Assembly (NCBI GenBank): GCA_965203295.1
Contig: CBDBCZ010000009.1
Location: forward strand, 64,001 to 128,000
Source: Nitrospirales bacterium
GTDB lineage: Bacteria; Nitrospirota; Nitrospiria; Nitrospirales; UBA8639
Direction: 5' to 3'
DNA: 64,000 nt
The number at the start of each line of letters is the position of its first letter. The stretch's first letter is position 1. Shown here piece by piece: positions 1-11,231 of the stretch. Under the pieces are notes generated by a model. The model was given only the letters and a program-made list of their open reading frames with translations. It was not told where the DNA came from and made no database searches. The position numbers were made by a program, and so were the translations under genes.

Positions 1-330
1 ATACTAACGATGGCGTGGATTTTTCAGCTGACTCAACATTTCAACCATAGTTGTTTTTTTTTTCCCAGTCATGCATTGTCGGGCTGTCCTTTGGCTATAC
101 ACTCCCTTGGTTTTATACTGCAGTTTGTGTTAGTTAATTACAAATTTAGGGTTAGCCCATTTGTTGTTGTAGCTGTTTCTCTTGTTGGTAATTATCAGAT
201 TTTTTAACAAAGCTCTGAAGTCAAGATGTGAAAGCTTGTAAATATATTTGGTCATAATTAAGTATCCTTGGGTGGATAATAGTTTTAATCATAGCATGCA
301 GTGGATTTCTGGAGGAAAGTATCAATCAAT
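1..330 (+). repeat. Inverted copy of the 3' flank of the secreted-protein genes (implies a + strand paralogue just left of the window)
   Basis: Reverse complement of the flanks at 50440-50720, 38470-38760 and 63550-63830 (e.g. gtagctgtttctcttgtt vs aacaagagaaacagctac; cccttggttttatactgcag vs ctgcagtataaaaccaaggg). Confidence 0.75.
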
Positions 331-729
331 CCGGTGCTAATATTTTTCATTTCCACAACTCATACATGTAGGTAAATGTTGTAGCCTTTATTAGTACATG
401 AAGTACACTGGCATGCATATAATATGTAGAAGTCAGGATGCTTATGATTAGGATAATGTAGCTATGGCAATAATTTAAGGTGTGCAATTACTATTCATAT
501 TATGTGTAGCTACAATACCTAATATTAATGTAGCCTAATTTCACTCCATCCTTCTTCAGTTTGTAGCTTGGAAGGCAAGCAATGCACAACTGATTTATTC
601 TATTGTGAGGACAGTCACGATAATAAAGTTTCTTCAATTCCAACCTGAATTTCAGTTCTTTCAAAAGTTGCCGAAGAGTTTGCTACAGTGTCCTAGGGTA
701 CAAATAGCATTGTAGTAAAAAAGACCTCC

Positions 730-1760
730 CTATACGGTATACTGTATGGTGCAATTTTTCGCGTCCAAGGCGATTTCGCAACAAAAAGAACTGAACCAGA
801 TCTAGCTATGAGTGAACTGTTACTGCAGACATCCTTCACTGTCCTTCCAGCTCCCAGTGGATCTTTGTCTTCTTTCTTATAATTAGCCCCGCGGCTACAC
901 AGTATAAAGGATACTAATGATAAGTGGGAGTGCTCTGAACCCGTTTTTTTTTTCCCGCGACGACGCGTGAAGGAATGTTAAGTGGTAGGTACTAATGTAG
1001 ATAAGTGGCTCGAGCGCACGGAAGCGACAGTACCACGCCTCTTGGAGCCAAAAGTGCACGTGCGAAGAATGGAGGGCTACATCAAGACGTTATAAACCCC
1101 CGTTGCAAGAACTCGCTATCTCGAAAAGCTATCCTTGCTAGGGCTGCGCGAAAGTGATGGCCCATATAGTGAACGCAACAATTGCTGGAGACTGCAGCCA
1201 CGGAACGCTAGGTATCATATCTATGCTGCAGCTATCCACTTCGCCCATCTTGATTTATCAGCCAAGGCACCCCATCCTTCTTGTTGTGGAAACCAACAAC
1301 ACAACAGTTGTACACCATGGCCAGACTTAGCGTATAACTGCTCAAAAGTCACTTGTACCGGTACTATACCATAGATAGCTAACTTTAGCTACTCTATTAT
1401 CTACGCTTTAGCGCGCTTTGGCCCTCCAAGGGGCGTGGTACTTCCGCTTGCGTGCGATAAAGGTATGGCTATATTATCTACGGATAAAGCCACTTAACCG
1501 GATCGGAGCAACAGGCAACGATCGGCGAACCTGCCTTAGTGGGCGTCACTGCACGGTATTAAAAAGGTGGCTGTCAGTCATTTTCGAAGAAGTTGGGGGT
1601 TAAACAACGGCAGGTCGCAGTGCGGAGTGAACAACAGTCTGCTTGACGGTAAGAACAACAGTCTGCTGACGCCACGGTACGAATGGGCGTGGTTAATTTG
1701 CGCTAACACAAAAATATAAATTGAAGGCATTTTTATAATTTTTTGCAAAAATTTACGCCT
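730..1760. mobile_element. CpG-rich nested relics of non-autonomous DNA transposons
   Basis: Sharp rise in CpG content; MITE-like ends (tactgtatggtgcaatttttcgcg ... gcaaaaatttacgc); no credible ORF. Boundaries approximate. Confidence 0.3.
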
Positions 1761-2018
1761 GATGTACAGAGAATTTTAGGAATAGATATTCTGATCAGTA
1801 GCAGCTAGCTACATTAGGTTACTGTGCTGAATTACTATGGTTGGAGGTGAATTTGCACACACTCCCAGACCATTGTCACATAACTTACTGTACATGTACC
1901 TATAATGGCCTATAATGAGAGAGTAATTACAGTTGGAATTGGCTGGGTCCTACTGGCAAGTGCTACTAGCGGATTTACTGGCTATATAAAGCTTGCCTAC
2001 TGCTCCTCTGCCAAGGGG

Positions 2019-2092
2019 GCTCCAGTAGCTCAATTGGTAAGAGCATCTGACTAGTATTCAGAAGGTCCTGGGTTCAATACCCAGCTGGGTCC
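2019..2092 (+). tRNA. tRNA-like sequence, anticodon AGT (Thr); probably a tRNA-derived SINE head or pseudo-tRNA
   Basis: Cloverleaf by eye: acceptor GCTCCAG/CTGGGTC (one C-T mismatch), D arm GCTC/GAGC, anticodon stem TCTGA/TCAGA with loop CTAGTAT, T arm CTGGG/CCCAG with loop TTCAATA; T5 run at 2096-2100. Confidence 0.55.
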
Positions 2093-2197
2093 CAATTTTT
2101 CGGGATTTCTTTACTCTCTCAGAAAGCTTTCTTCTCTTGAAGAGTTCACAATGTATACTTGATTGCCTAATTGGAGACATATCCATAAGAACATGTG

Positions 2198-2759
2198 CTG
2201 TCACAGGAATATTGGTCCTGAAAATTTTGATCCCCTGAACTGAAATTTTCTATGGAAAATCGTTCCCCGCGGGTACTGACGGTGCATAATCTTGTTCATG
2301 AGCACCAGTCAGGCTGTGCTGGAATGTCCCTTAACACTTACAAGCTGTAGCTAGGTACACCTGCATAGATAATTTGAGCCCCATATGCAACCCAAAGCAT
2401 GCACGCAATTAGTGTTGTTTACAATACCAACTCCTCCTTGAGTTGAGAGTCGAGAGCCTCATCCTGATTGGTGAAACTTGGAATGAGCCAATTCAAATTA
2501 AAGCACACTATCAACAATGACGGCTAAACTTGCTAGAAGACTTGGACTAGTGTTTTAATAACTCTTCATATGCCCCTGGATTTTCTTAACCCTGCGGACT
2601 CTTTTGCGCCAAACTGTACGTGTACAGTCGCTCCGACAGCAGATTTCATATCCATGCCCGAACTAAAAACGTTCGGGGGAAAAGGGCCAAGGGGACCAAT
2701 TTTCCTGGAATTTTGGTCCCTCAGACCAAAATTTCGCCGGACCAAAATTTCCGTGAAAG
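2198..2759. mobile_element. MITE with imperfect TIRs and GGTCC/GGACC subterminal repeats
   Basis: Left end ctgtcacaggaatattggtcc; right end ggaccaaaatttccgtgaaag. It interrupts a module that is contiguous at ~62062-62150. Confidence 0.65.
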
Positions 2760-4266
2760 TAGTCACAGTGCATGTGCATGCCTAATGTACAGACAGAGGT
2801 TTGGTGGGGTGGAAATTGAAGGGTAGTGTCAACCACACAACAGTTCTTTCCTCATATTTCTGTGCTTATTTATTGGATGGTATTGTTTGAGAAAGTGTGA
2901 TATGACGGGGTTATAACTGTACTTGTTTTAAGTGTGTACGTACGTATGTAAGGCAGAGTCCATGTAGGTTTTTAACTAGTACTATTGGCATTGAAAATGA
3001 TGGGTGTGTTGTATAGGAACCCAAGTGAATGACAGTTAACACTACAGCATTTCACATCTTACAGTACAACCCACCCGTCGCTAATTGATTTGGTTGAGAT
3101 GCGCTCAGTGGGCATAATCTGAGCATGCATGGCATTCCCTACTGATCAAGAGCCATGTTTGATCACAGCCTCGTTCCCAGGAATTGTATTACACATGTTC
3201 CCTCCTCTCACTTGGTACTGTAAATTCCTGGCTCTTTTTACAAGCTCTATACATCGTTTGTCTCACTACACACATCATGTAATTTGAATTTTATTTGTAG
3301 TTTACAAATGTGATTTAGCACTTGCCTTCCTTTATAGACTGCTATCTCTTTGACATATTAGTGTGAGGCTGGCACCAATAAACAAAATGACAAGTTTCAT
3401 TAACAATAATTTGTTTATGTATGTGGTGTAGCGTATGTTATTGCTTCTACAGCATTTGTTAACTATACAGAAGTTTAGTTTCAGAATGTGACTGTACAAT
3501 AGTGTCCTCGCTGTTCAGAGATTCTCTCAGTTGGATGTACACTTCATGAATAATCACAAAGTTCAATTGCAAATCTGAATTTCAACAGAAGTTTCTTTCA
3601 GGAGTGCTATTTATGCCCTGAAGAAGACTACAGCACTGTGATGTGTGATGTCATATATTCCACTGCCACCCTCATACAGGGAGAAAGATGAAGACCTCTA
3701 CCTCGACCAGATCAGCAAGACCTTTGACCCCAACCAGTAGTCACTGCTGTCGGCAACACACTTCGCTCAGACTGGGAGCAGCGTACCAGGTCAGTGGCTG
3801 CTAGTGTAGCACTGGGTATCCCAAAGGCTATATATGCATTCATGGAGTGTGTACTCCTGTAATAGTGTATACGTACATACAAGTATTGAGAGAAAAATGA
3901 GTATGAAAATACAGGATTCATACAGGCAACATGCACGTTCGCAGCATGTTCTCTTAATTGGCAGATTGAAAGCCACTTGTGTTTTTAGCAGGGGACTGAA
4001 AGAAGCCTATTGTAGGTGGATTATGTTATGAGTATAGTAGACTGGGTCCCGTTTGTAGAATGTAGTGCAAGGTATGTCTCTGCTAGAGACTTCTAGTTTA
4101 AAAAGTTACATGACATGTCAGACTCATTAATTAAACACAAAATTTAATGTACCCGAGGTTGAACAGAGTCATGTACCACAGTGTTACTGGTAGGGCAGTT
4201 CTTGCTTGTTAGGACAAACCAGCAGGTAGGAGTCTTTTTATGCTGTCAGTGACGCTCATGCACAGT

Positions 4267-4417
<151 letters not shown>

Positions 4418-4459
4418 GCAACATCCTTGGAGTCCTTTGTGCTGAGTACAGGGTATCGT

Positions 4460-7400
4460 ATGATGGTACTACTCACACATCGCCAAGGTTGTTCCCCTGC
4501 AGAGGATTTGCACCCCTCTCAGGGCGGGAGATCATTGAGTGCACATAGGGCAAATCAAGTGCGTGGTTTTGCTAAGTGGTACCTGGCAACCTGGAATGTC
4601 AGGACGTTGCTAGATGTAGATGGAAGTATTGGGACCGCTAGACAGGGAAGTGAGGCTGGTGAAGTGAGTGTGGTAGATGAGAGGAAGATTGATCAGGTAG
4701 TGGGTGAGCTGGATAGGTACAAGGTGGTAGTGGGAGCTTTGCAGGAGACTAAGTGGTTTGGGAGCAATGTGTACAGAGTGGGAGAGAGTGTAGTCTTGAC
4801 AGCAGGTAGAGAGATTCCTACTGGAAGGGGGGTGAGGCAGAGGGGGGAGGGTGTTGCCATAGTGTTGTCAGGGCCAGCTGTACATGCTTGGAAGTCTGGT
4901 GGTAGCAAGTGGAGAGCTTGGAGTTCTAGGCTGGTCATAGCTACTTTGGATGTTGGAGGTGGTAATGGTGGTAAGCTGCATGTGCTATCCTGCTATGCTC
5001 CGACTTTTGCTGCCAGCAGGGATGAGAAGGATGCCTTTTTTGACACCCTTCAGCAGGCTCTCTCAGCAATCCCTGTAAATGAGTGCTATGTGATGATAGG
5101 GGACTTCAATGCTCGTGTGGGGTCTAGGCTTGAGGGTGACATGTGGTGGTATGAGAGGGGCCCTCACGGGTATGGAGATCTCAATGAGGCTGGGAGGGAG
5201 TTGCTGACTTTCCTTGCCATCAATGAGGCCACAGTCTGCAACACTTGGTTTATGAAGAGGGACATCAGCAAGCAGACCTGGCAGCATCCCAAATCCAAGC
5301 GATGGCACTGCATTGACTACGTGATCATGAGGAAGGCCCACAGGAGGAAGTGTCTGGATGTAGCTGTGGTGCGTGGGGCAGACTGCAACACTGATCACAG
5401 GATGGTGAGGATGAAGATGATTGTGGGAAGAAAGAGGGCTTATAGGAAGGAGCGAGTCAATGCAGGTGTGAAGAGGTGGGATGTTGCTAAGTTGCAAGGT
5501 GGCTGTGTGGATGTGAGGGGGAGGATGACGGCTAGAGGGAAGTACCTGAGTGGTCTGAAGGAGAGAGTGTCTGAGTCTTGGGTGGAGGAAGGGAGTGTGT
5601 CTGAGAAGTGGGAAGTGCTGAAGACAGCTATGTGTGATGAGGCTGAGGCAGTGTTGGGGTATGAGGATAGGAGGCAGCCTGACTGGTTCAGGGAGAGTGA
5701 GACGGCTCTCAGGCCACTGCTGGAGGAGAGGAACAGGCTGTATGCTTTGTGGCTGAGCACTGGTTGTGAGAGAGACAGGAAGAAGCATGCTGAGGCACGC
5801 AGGAGTGCAAGACGACAGGTGAGAGCTGCAAAGGATGCCTGGTTCCAGCGCAAAGCCATGGAGGCGGAGAGGGGTAGACATGGAGGGAAGTTGGTGTGGC
5901 GCTGTATCAGGGACATCCAGCGAGGAAGGAGGGGTCTTGTCCCTGTGCGCACAGCGACAGTGAGAGATGAGGAAGGGAATGTGTGTGATTCACCAAAAGA
6001 GCAGCAGCAGAGATGGAGACGGCACTTCACCAAGATCCTCAATATACAGAGTGAGTTTAGTGCTGAGGAACTGGAGAGGGTCAGACAGAGACCAGTGAGG
6101 CAGGACATGGAGGAGTTGCCGTCAGAGGAGGAATTGTTGCGTGCTGTGGGGAAGTTGAAGAATGGGAAGGCCGGTGGTGAGTCGGGCATACTCCCTGAGA
6201 TGGTCAAGGCTGCTTGCTGTGAGCCTGACTTCCTGGACAAGCTGGTTGAGTTGGTACAGGATGTGTGGAGGGAAGGTGCAGTGCCAAGCGACTGGTGTGA
6301 TGCCATCCTTGTTCCCATCCCAAAGAAGGGTGACCTCAGTAGCTGTGACAACTGGAGAGGGATCTCCCTTCTGGATGTGGTTGGGAAGGTGGTTGCTAGA
6401 GTGCTCCAGGAGAGGCTGCAGAAGATGGCTGAGGATGAGCTCCCAGAGTCACAGTGTGGGTTCAGGAAGAAGAGGAGCTGTGCAGACATGATCTTCGCTG
6501 TGCGCCAGCTGGTGGAGAAGTCGTGGGAGCACAAGTCTTGTGCCTTCTTCACCTTTGTGGATCTGAAGAAGGCCTATGACTCTGTGCCACGAGAGGCTCT
6601 GTGGGTGGCTCTAGGGAAGCTGGGAGTGCCAGAGAAGACAATTCAGCTCATCAGATCATTCCATCAGGACATGAGAGCTAGGGTTAGGCTGGATGGTGTG
6701 ATGCTGGAGGAGATCAGTGTGCAGAATGGCCTCAGACAGGGATGCTGCATGGCACCAGTGCTGTTCAACCTCTACACGTGTCTGGCTGTGGAGCGGTGGC
6801 TGGCTAGAGTGGATGGAGTGGATGGTGTGGGGCTCACTGTCAGATACAAGTATGATGGGAAGTTGTTCCGGAGGTACACCAGGAATGCACATGAGAGGAA
6901 GATCACAGAGTGCCAGTTTGCTGATGATGCAGCACTCCTGGCATCAACAAGATCTGGTGCAGAGAGGATGGCCCTGGAGTACCAAAGGACTGGCAGAGAT
7001 TTTGGCCTGACAGTGAGCATCCCCAAGACCAAACACATGGCAACTGGGAGGTTGGTGGAAGAGAGCGACCTAGAGCCGATAGCACTAGAGGGAGGGGATG
7101 TGACAGCAGTGGATGAGTTCCCCTACCTAGGTTCCATCATAGGTAGCTCAGGGAGGATGGGTGTTGACGTGGACAAGAGAGTGGCGCAGGCATCCAAGGC
7201 TTTTGGTGCCCTGAGGAAGTCTGTGTTTCTGGACAGGAGTCTGAGTCTGGCTACCAAGAGAAGGCTGTACGATGCCTGTGTCCTCTCCGTCCTCCTCTAC
7301 GGAGCTGAGTGCTGGATTCCCCTCAAGAAGAGTGCTAGGAAGCTGAACTCCTTCCACCATAGGTGCATCAGAACCATCCTTGGCATCTCCAACAGGCAGC

Positions 7401-7942
7401 AGTGGGCAGAACGTATCACAATGGCAGAGGTGAGGAAGCGATGGGGGGATGAGGAGACGGCAGCTGAGAAGGTGAGGAAGAGGAGGCTAGCTTGGCTGGG
7501 TCATGTGGCAAGGATGCCTGACCACAGGATCCCCAAGTCCATGCTGTTTGGCTGGCTGCCACAGGCACGTCCCCAGTGTGGTCCCAGGAGGAGGTGGAGA
7601 GATGTGGTGCGGACTGATCTCAAGGCCATCAGGGTAGAGGAGAGTGAGTGGTATGAGGAGGCACGGAGGTCTAGAGCAGGCTGGAGGGAGATGTGTAGGT
7701 TGGGGATGGAGAGTCACAGGGAGGCAGAGGTTGTGAGGAGGTCCTCAGCAGCCAAGGAAGTGGTGTGTGGGGTGTGCTCCAGGACCTTCAGGCGGGAGAG
7801 TGACAAGAAGCGGCACAAGTGTCTTGCTGAGAGGCAGAAGCCAGTGAGTGAACAGCGTGGGTCGGTCCAGTGTCTACAGTGCAAGGAGTGGTTTAGGAGC
7901 AGAGGTGGTCTAGCAGTCCACACCTGCAGGCCTGGTGGCTGA
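4460..7942 (+). CDS. RTE-type polyprotein: apurinic-like endonuclease + reverse transcriptase + two C-terminal CCHC zinc fingers (frame open from TTG 4427; first ATG 4460)
   Basis: APE motifs TWNVRTL, LQET, YAPT, GDFNARVG, IDYV, TDH; RT motifs WRGISLL, QCGFR, FVDLKKAYDSV, GLRQGC, FADD, YLGS; RTE-like WLGHVARM and RRRWRD; CGVC..HKC and CLQC..HTC; no internal stops. Confidence 0.95.
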   Translation: MMVLLTHRQGCSPAEDLHPSQGGRSLSAHRANQVRGFAKWYLATWNVRTLLDVDGSIGTARQGSEAGEVSVVDERKIDQVVGELDRYKVVVGALQETKWFGSNVYRVGESVVLTAGREIPTGRGVRQRGEGVAIVLSGPAVHAWKSGGSKWRAWSSRLVIATLDVGGGNGGKLHVLSCYAPTFAASRDEKDAFFDTLQQALSAIPVNECYVMIGDFNARVGSRLEGDMWWYERGPHGYGDLNEAGRELLTFLAINEATVCNTWFMKRDISKQTWQHPKSKRWHCIDYVIMRKAHRRKCLDVAVVRGADCNTDHRMVRMKMIVGRKRAYRKERVNAGVKRWDVAKLQGGCVDVRGRMTARGKYLSGLKERVSESWVEEGSVSEKWEVLKTAMCDEAEAVLGYEDRRQPDWFRESETALRPLLEERNRLYALWLSTGCERDRKKHAEARRSARRQVRAAKDAWFQRKAMEAERGRHGGKLVWRCIRDIQRGRRGLVPVRTATVRDEEGNVCDSPKEQQQRWRRHFTKILNIQSEFSAEELERVRQRPVRQDMEELPSEEELLRAVGKLKNGKAGGESGILPEMVKAACCEPDFLDKLVELVQDVWREGAVPSDWCDAILVPIPKKGDLSSCDNWRGISLLDVVGKVVARVLQERLQKMAEDELPESQCGFRKKRSCADMIFAVRQLVEKSWEHKSCAFFTFVDLKKAYDSVPREALWVALGKLGVPEKTIQLIRSFHQDMRARVRLDGVMLEEISVQNGLRQGCCMAPVLFNLYTCLAVERWLARVDGVDGVGLTVRYKYDGKLFRRYTRNAHERKITECQFADDAALLASTRSGAERMALEYQRTGRDFGLTVSIPKTKHMATGRLVEESDLEPIALEGGDVTAVDEFPYLGSIIGSSGRMGVDVDKRVAQASKAFGALRKSVFLDRSLSLATKRRLYDACVLSVLLYGAECWIPLKKSARKLNSFHHRCIRTILGISNRQQWAERITMAEVRKRWGDEETAAEKVRKRRLAWLGHVARMPDHRIPKSMLFGWLPQARPQCGPRRRWRDVVRTDLKAIRVEESEWYEEARRSRAGWREMCRLGMESHREAEVVRRSSAAKEVVCGVCSRTFRRESDKKRHKCLAERQKPVSEQRGSVQCLQCKEWFRSRGGLAVHTCRPGG

Positions 7943-8031
7943 GTGCTGCTTGGCAATTTCGTGCACAAGACTTGCCGCCCTTAGGGGCATGCGTGGCCGT
8001 GAAACGGCAGCAGTTCAACAGGACAGGACAG

Positions 8032-8070
8032 GTGTGTGTGTGTGTGTGTGTGTGTGGGTGTGGGTGTGTG
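8032..8070. repeat. (GT)n microsatellite, right flank of the LINE
   Basis: Read directly; followed by ggggaataa..acaggctatggcagggtacttgtcc, as at the empty sites. Confidence 0.95.
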
Positions 8071-8244
8071 GGGGGAATAATTAAAAAAAAACAGGCTATG
8101 GCAGGGTACTTGTCCATTACTTGATGAGTTATTAAGGAAGACATACACTCATGTTGATCTTCCACAACTTGGGAATACATTCATACAATTGCAATGACAT
8201 CATGAAAATAGTTAAGAAACTTTCCCTTAGCAACCATTAGCCAG

Positions 8245-8770
8245 CACTACACCACGATTTTGTATGAAAATCTTCTGAATACATTTAGCCGATCTCTGAA
8301 ATTCTTCTGAAAGTTGCGTACTTCATACTAGAGAGGATTCTGAAAATCCTGAAGCTCTCTGAATTTCTTCTGAACAATATCTTGAAATACAGTTTGAACT
8401 CTTCAGAGATTCTTTTGGTTGAGTAGTAGAATTCATTTTTTATTTGCTGACATTTTGACTACAGTGTTGTAGTATTTTTCAATTAAACGCCTTGAAAAAG
8501 ACTACATGTACGTAGTCAAAATGTCGGCAATTAAAGAACTTCTGCTGAACTTCGGGTTGGAATTGAAGAAAAATTTGCGATGAATACAGTTTGTACACCT
8601 GAAATAATGTGAAGTATTTTTTCTGGCATTCTGAATCATTTCTGAACGAATTCAGAGTCTCTGTATTGTGTCTGAATTACAGTTTGAACATCTGAAAGCA
8701 GGTAAGGTATTTTTCAGACACTCTGAATTGTTTCTGAACACAATTCAGTTTCTTTTTTGTCTGTTGAGTA
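8245..8770. repeat. Degenerate short-period TCTGAA/TTCAGA repeat array, probably the subterminal region of a DNA-transposon relic
   Basis: Many tctgaa/ttcaga words; interrupts the local module. Confidence 0.45.
8444..8582. mobile_element. Palindromic Penelope-like terminal relic with decayed hammerhead-like motifs
   Basis: Arms ttgctgacattttgactac(8444-62)/gtagtcaaaatgtcggcaa(8512-30); related cctgaagaagactacagcactgt at ~3617-3639 retains CTGAAGA. Confidence 0.45.
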
Positions 8771-8893
8771 TATCTAAAAATGTGTGAGCGTCTAAAATAC
8801 GCACTTAGTTACATTGGCTACATCATGTTTCTATTGATAAAGCTCACATACCCACACCCCACAATCATGACAGTACCCTGCATTCACCTAGTA

Positions 8894-9062
8894 CTGTCAC
8901 ACCATAAGTGGTCCCCCCCCCCCCCCCCCCAAAAGCGGTCCCCCTGACCATCTGTGGCAGAATAATTGGTCCCCCCGGACCATCTGTGGCACCGTATTAT
9001 GGTCCCCCGGGGTCCATCCGCGGCACTATAAGTAGTCTCCCCTTGCCGTAAATGGTCCCCCC
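8894..9062 (+). mobile_element. Left end of a MITE with GGTCCCC subterminal repeats (same ctgtcac start as 2198)
   Basis: ctgtcacaccataagtggtcccc followed by repeated ggtcccc(c)..gaccatctgtggca units; right end not found. Confidence 0.5.
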
Positions 9063-10321
9063 ATTAATATCTAGCTATTAATGCCATCTCCTCTGCAACA
9101 ATACTGATACTTTGCATGATGGAAGACAGTAAACTCTAGCTGTACGGTATTTAGCGGGCTGCAGACTTAAAAACTATACAGAACCCCTCCCATCTTTTTG
9201 ACCTCAAGCCATGTAGAGTCTACGCTACTCAACCCCACCATTGTTCGCTATAGCTCCTGGGCTATTGATTACTTCATACTCTCATTGTGTGAACACTCGA
9301 TTGGATATCTCTTCTTCGTGAGCTAAAGATAAAGGCCTTCTCTACCAGCTCCTCCTGATTCTCTTTGTCGTCCATCTAGTCCTCTGCCCCTATATTAAAG
9401 ACACTTTGCTATGTCCCAAATATGCTTTCTTTATACCCCTGAAATGAGAACACTCCTCCACTTCACAATGTCCCTAAGGTGTTCACATTAGAAAGGTTCC
9501 ACTGAGTGCTTGATTACTTCACTGTCTGCACAGCCTGCCCACTCAAAGCCATTATGGGTGGAATGGCAATGGCATATAGAACAGAAATTCTTATACTGTA
9601 GTCATGGCAACAGCGTGGTACAATGTAACAGAACAGTTAGGCTCATACTTGTCCAGAGGAGGTTGGATATGGTTTTCGCAATATCTCACCAGCAGGTCCA
9701 TATTGGTGTAGAATGGCCAATCTCAACGTGATCCCCGATGGAAGTCATTGGAGAGCGAATTGTTAGCACATTCAGGACTATCCACCAATAATGGTTCTGG
9801 GGATAAAATTTCATGCTATATCTACATACATATAGATGTGCTGGTGAGGTATATCCCCTAGGAACCATGTCCTACTTCCTCCAGACATATGGTTAGGGTA
9901 TGCACCTACGTATATATAACTCCACACTGTTCTGTTTACATGAAGAATCATTATAGCTAAGTAGGCAGGCTGTGCAGGTGGTATGCTGGTTCATAGTACA
10001 GTGAAGTAATCATGTGCTCACATAGTTGTGAAACTAGATGAATGCAGGGCATTGTGGGATGAGTGGGCATGCATGTATACGTGATCTACTGAGATTTGAT
10101 CTGGCCAATAAGGCCCATGTGTGGGATGTGAGCCCATGTAACTATTACATTTTAGGGTTTAGCCAATCATCATGGAGTACGGTAGTAGCCTTGTTCCCAG
10201 GCCTGTAACTTTTTCAGTTACACCAAAGCTGTCATGGGGCCTGGGATCTAAAGTCAGTTGCACGAGTAGAATGATAGTTTACATTATTTCCACAGCTAAC
10301 AAATTTTGTAGTTAACAATTG

Positions 10322-10708
10322 TTAGTGCTACTCACGTGACCTTCGACGAATCAGAAGTCTCAAACTCGATCACATGACCGCACGTTAAATCGCTTAATGC
10401 ACACTTAAGTGTGCGCTAAGTTGTTAATGCACACTTAAGTGTGCATTAACAAAATTAGTGCACACTTTTCTAAATAACGCCCAACAGAACCGTGGCTGTC
10501 TCAGGTCAGTGAGTGAACTAAATACTTTAGATACCAGTTGGCAGTGCATTACGTGATATAGTAGCGCGCTCGGACAATTAAGTAATGGTCTCGGGCGGAT
10601 AATGCACTCACCTTCGGCTCGTGCATTATCCGCCCTCGACCGTTACTTAATTGTCCTCGCGCGCTACTATATCACGTAATGCACTGCCAACTGGTATCTA
10701 AATATTAC
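10322..10708. mobile_element. Non-autonomous element: IR-bounded body plus ~180-bp terminal hairpin
   Basis: IRs ttagtgctactcac(10322-35)/gtgagtgaactaa(10509-21); near-perfect palindrome 10526-10702; absent from the paralogue at ~22065-22100. Confidence 0.75.
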
Positions 10709-10988
10709 TTAATTCCACAATTGTAGCTGTGGAATGTAAAATCCACACAGGAAACAGATCATTGCTCAGTCACTATAAATACGTAAGCAAAAATGGATAA
10801 AAAACACACAATTGAATTTGTTCACCTCTTTAAAGTTGATCACACATCTCATAGATGCCTGGCTCCTACAATGTATAATATAGTCAAACATCTTGGAGAG
10901 GTGCATGAGAGGCTGTTGTACAAACGTGTGTAAACTTGTATGGAGCTATTCTCATAGTAATTAAGGCAGGTTTCCTACCCCTATACAA

Positions 10989-11231
<243 letters not shown>

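Noticed and set aside
4693..7968. Long antisense and alternate-frame ORFs (e.g. 5063-5881, 5440-6552) over the LINE
   Set aside because: Shadows of the G-rich RT coding strand; no independent motifs.
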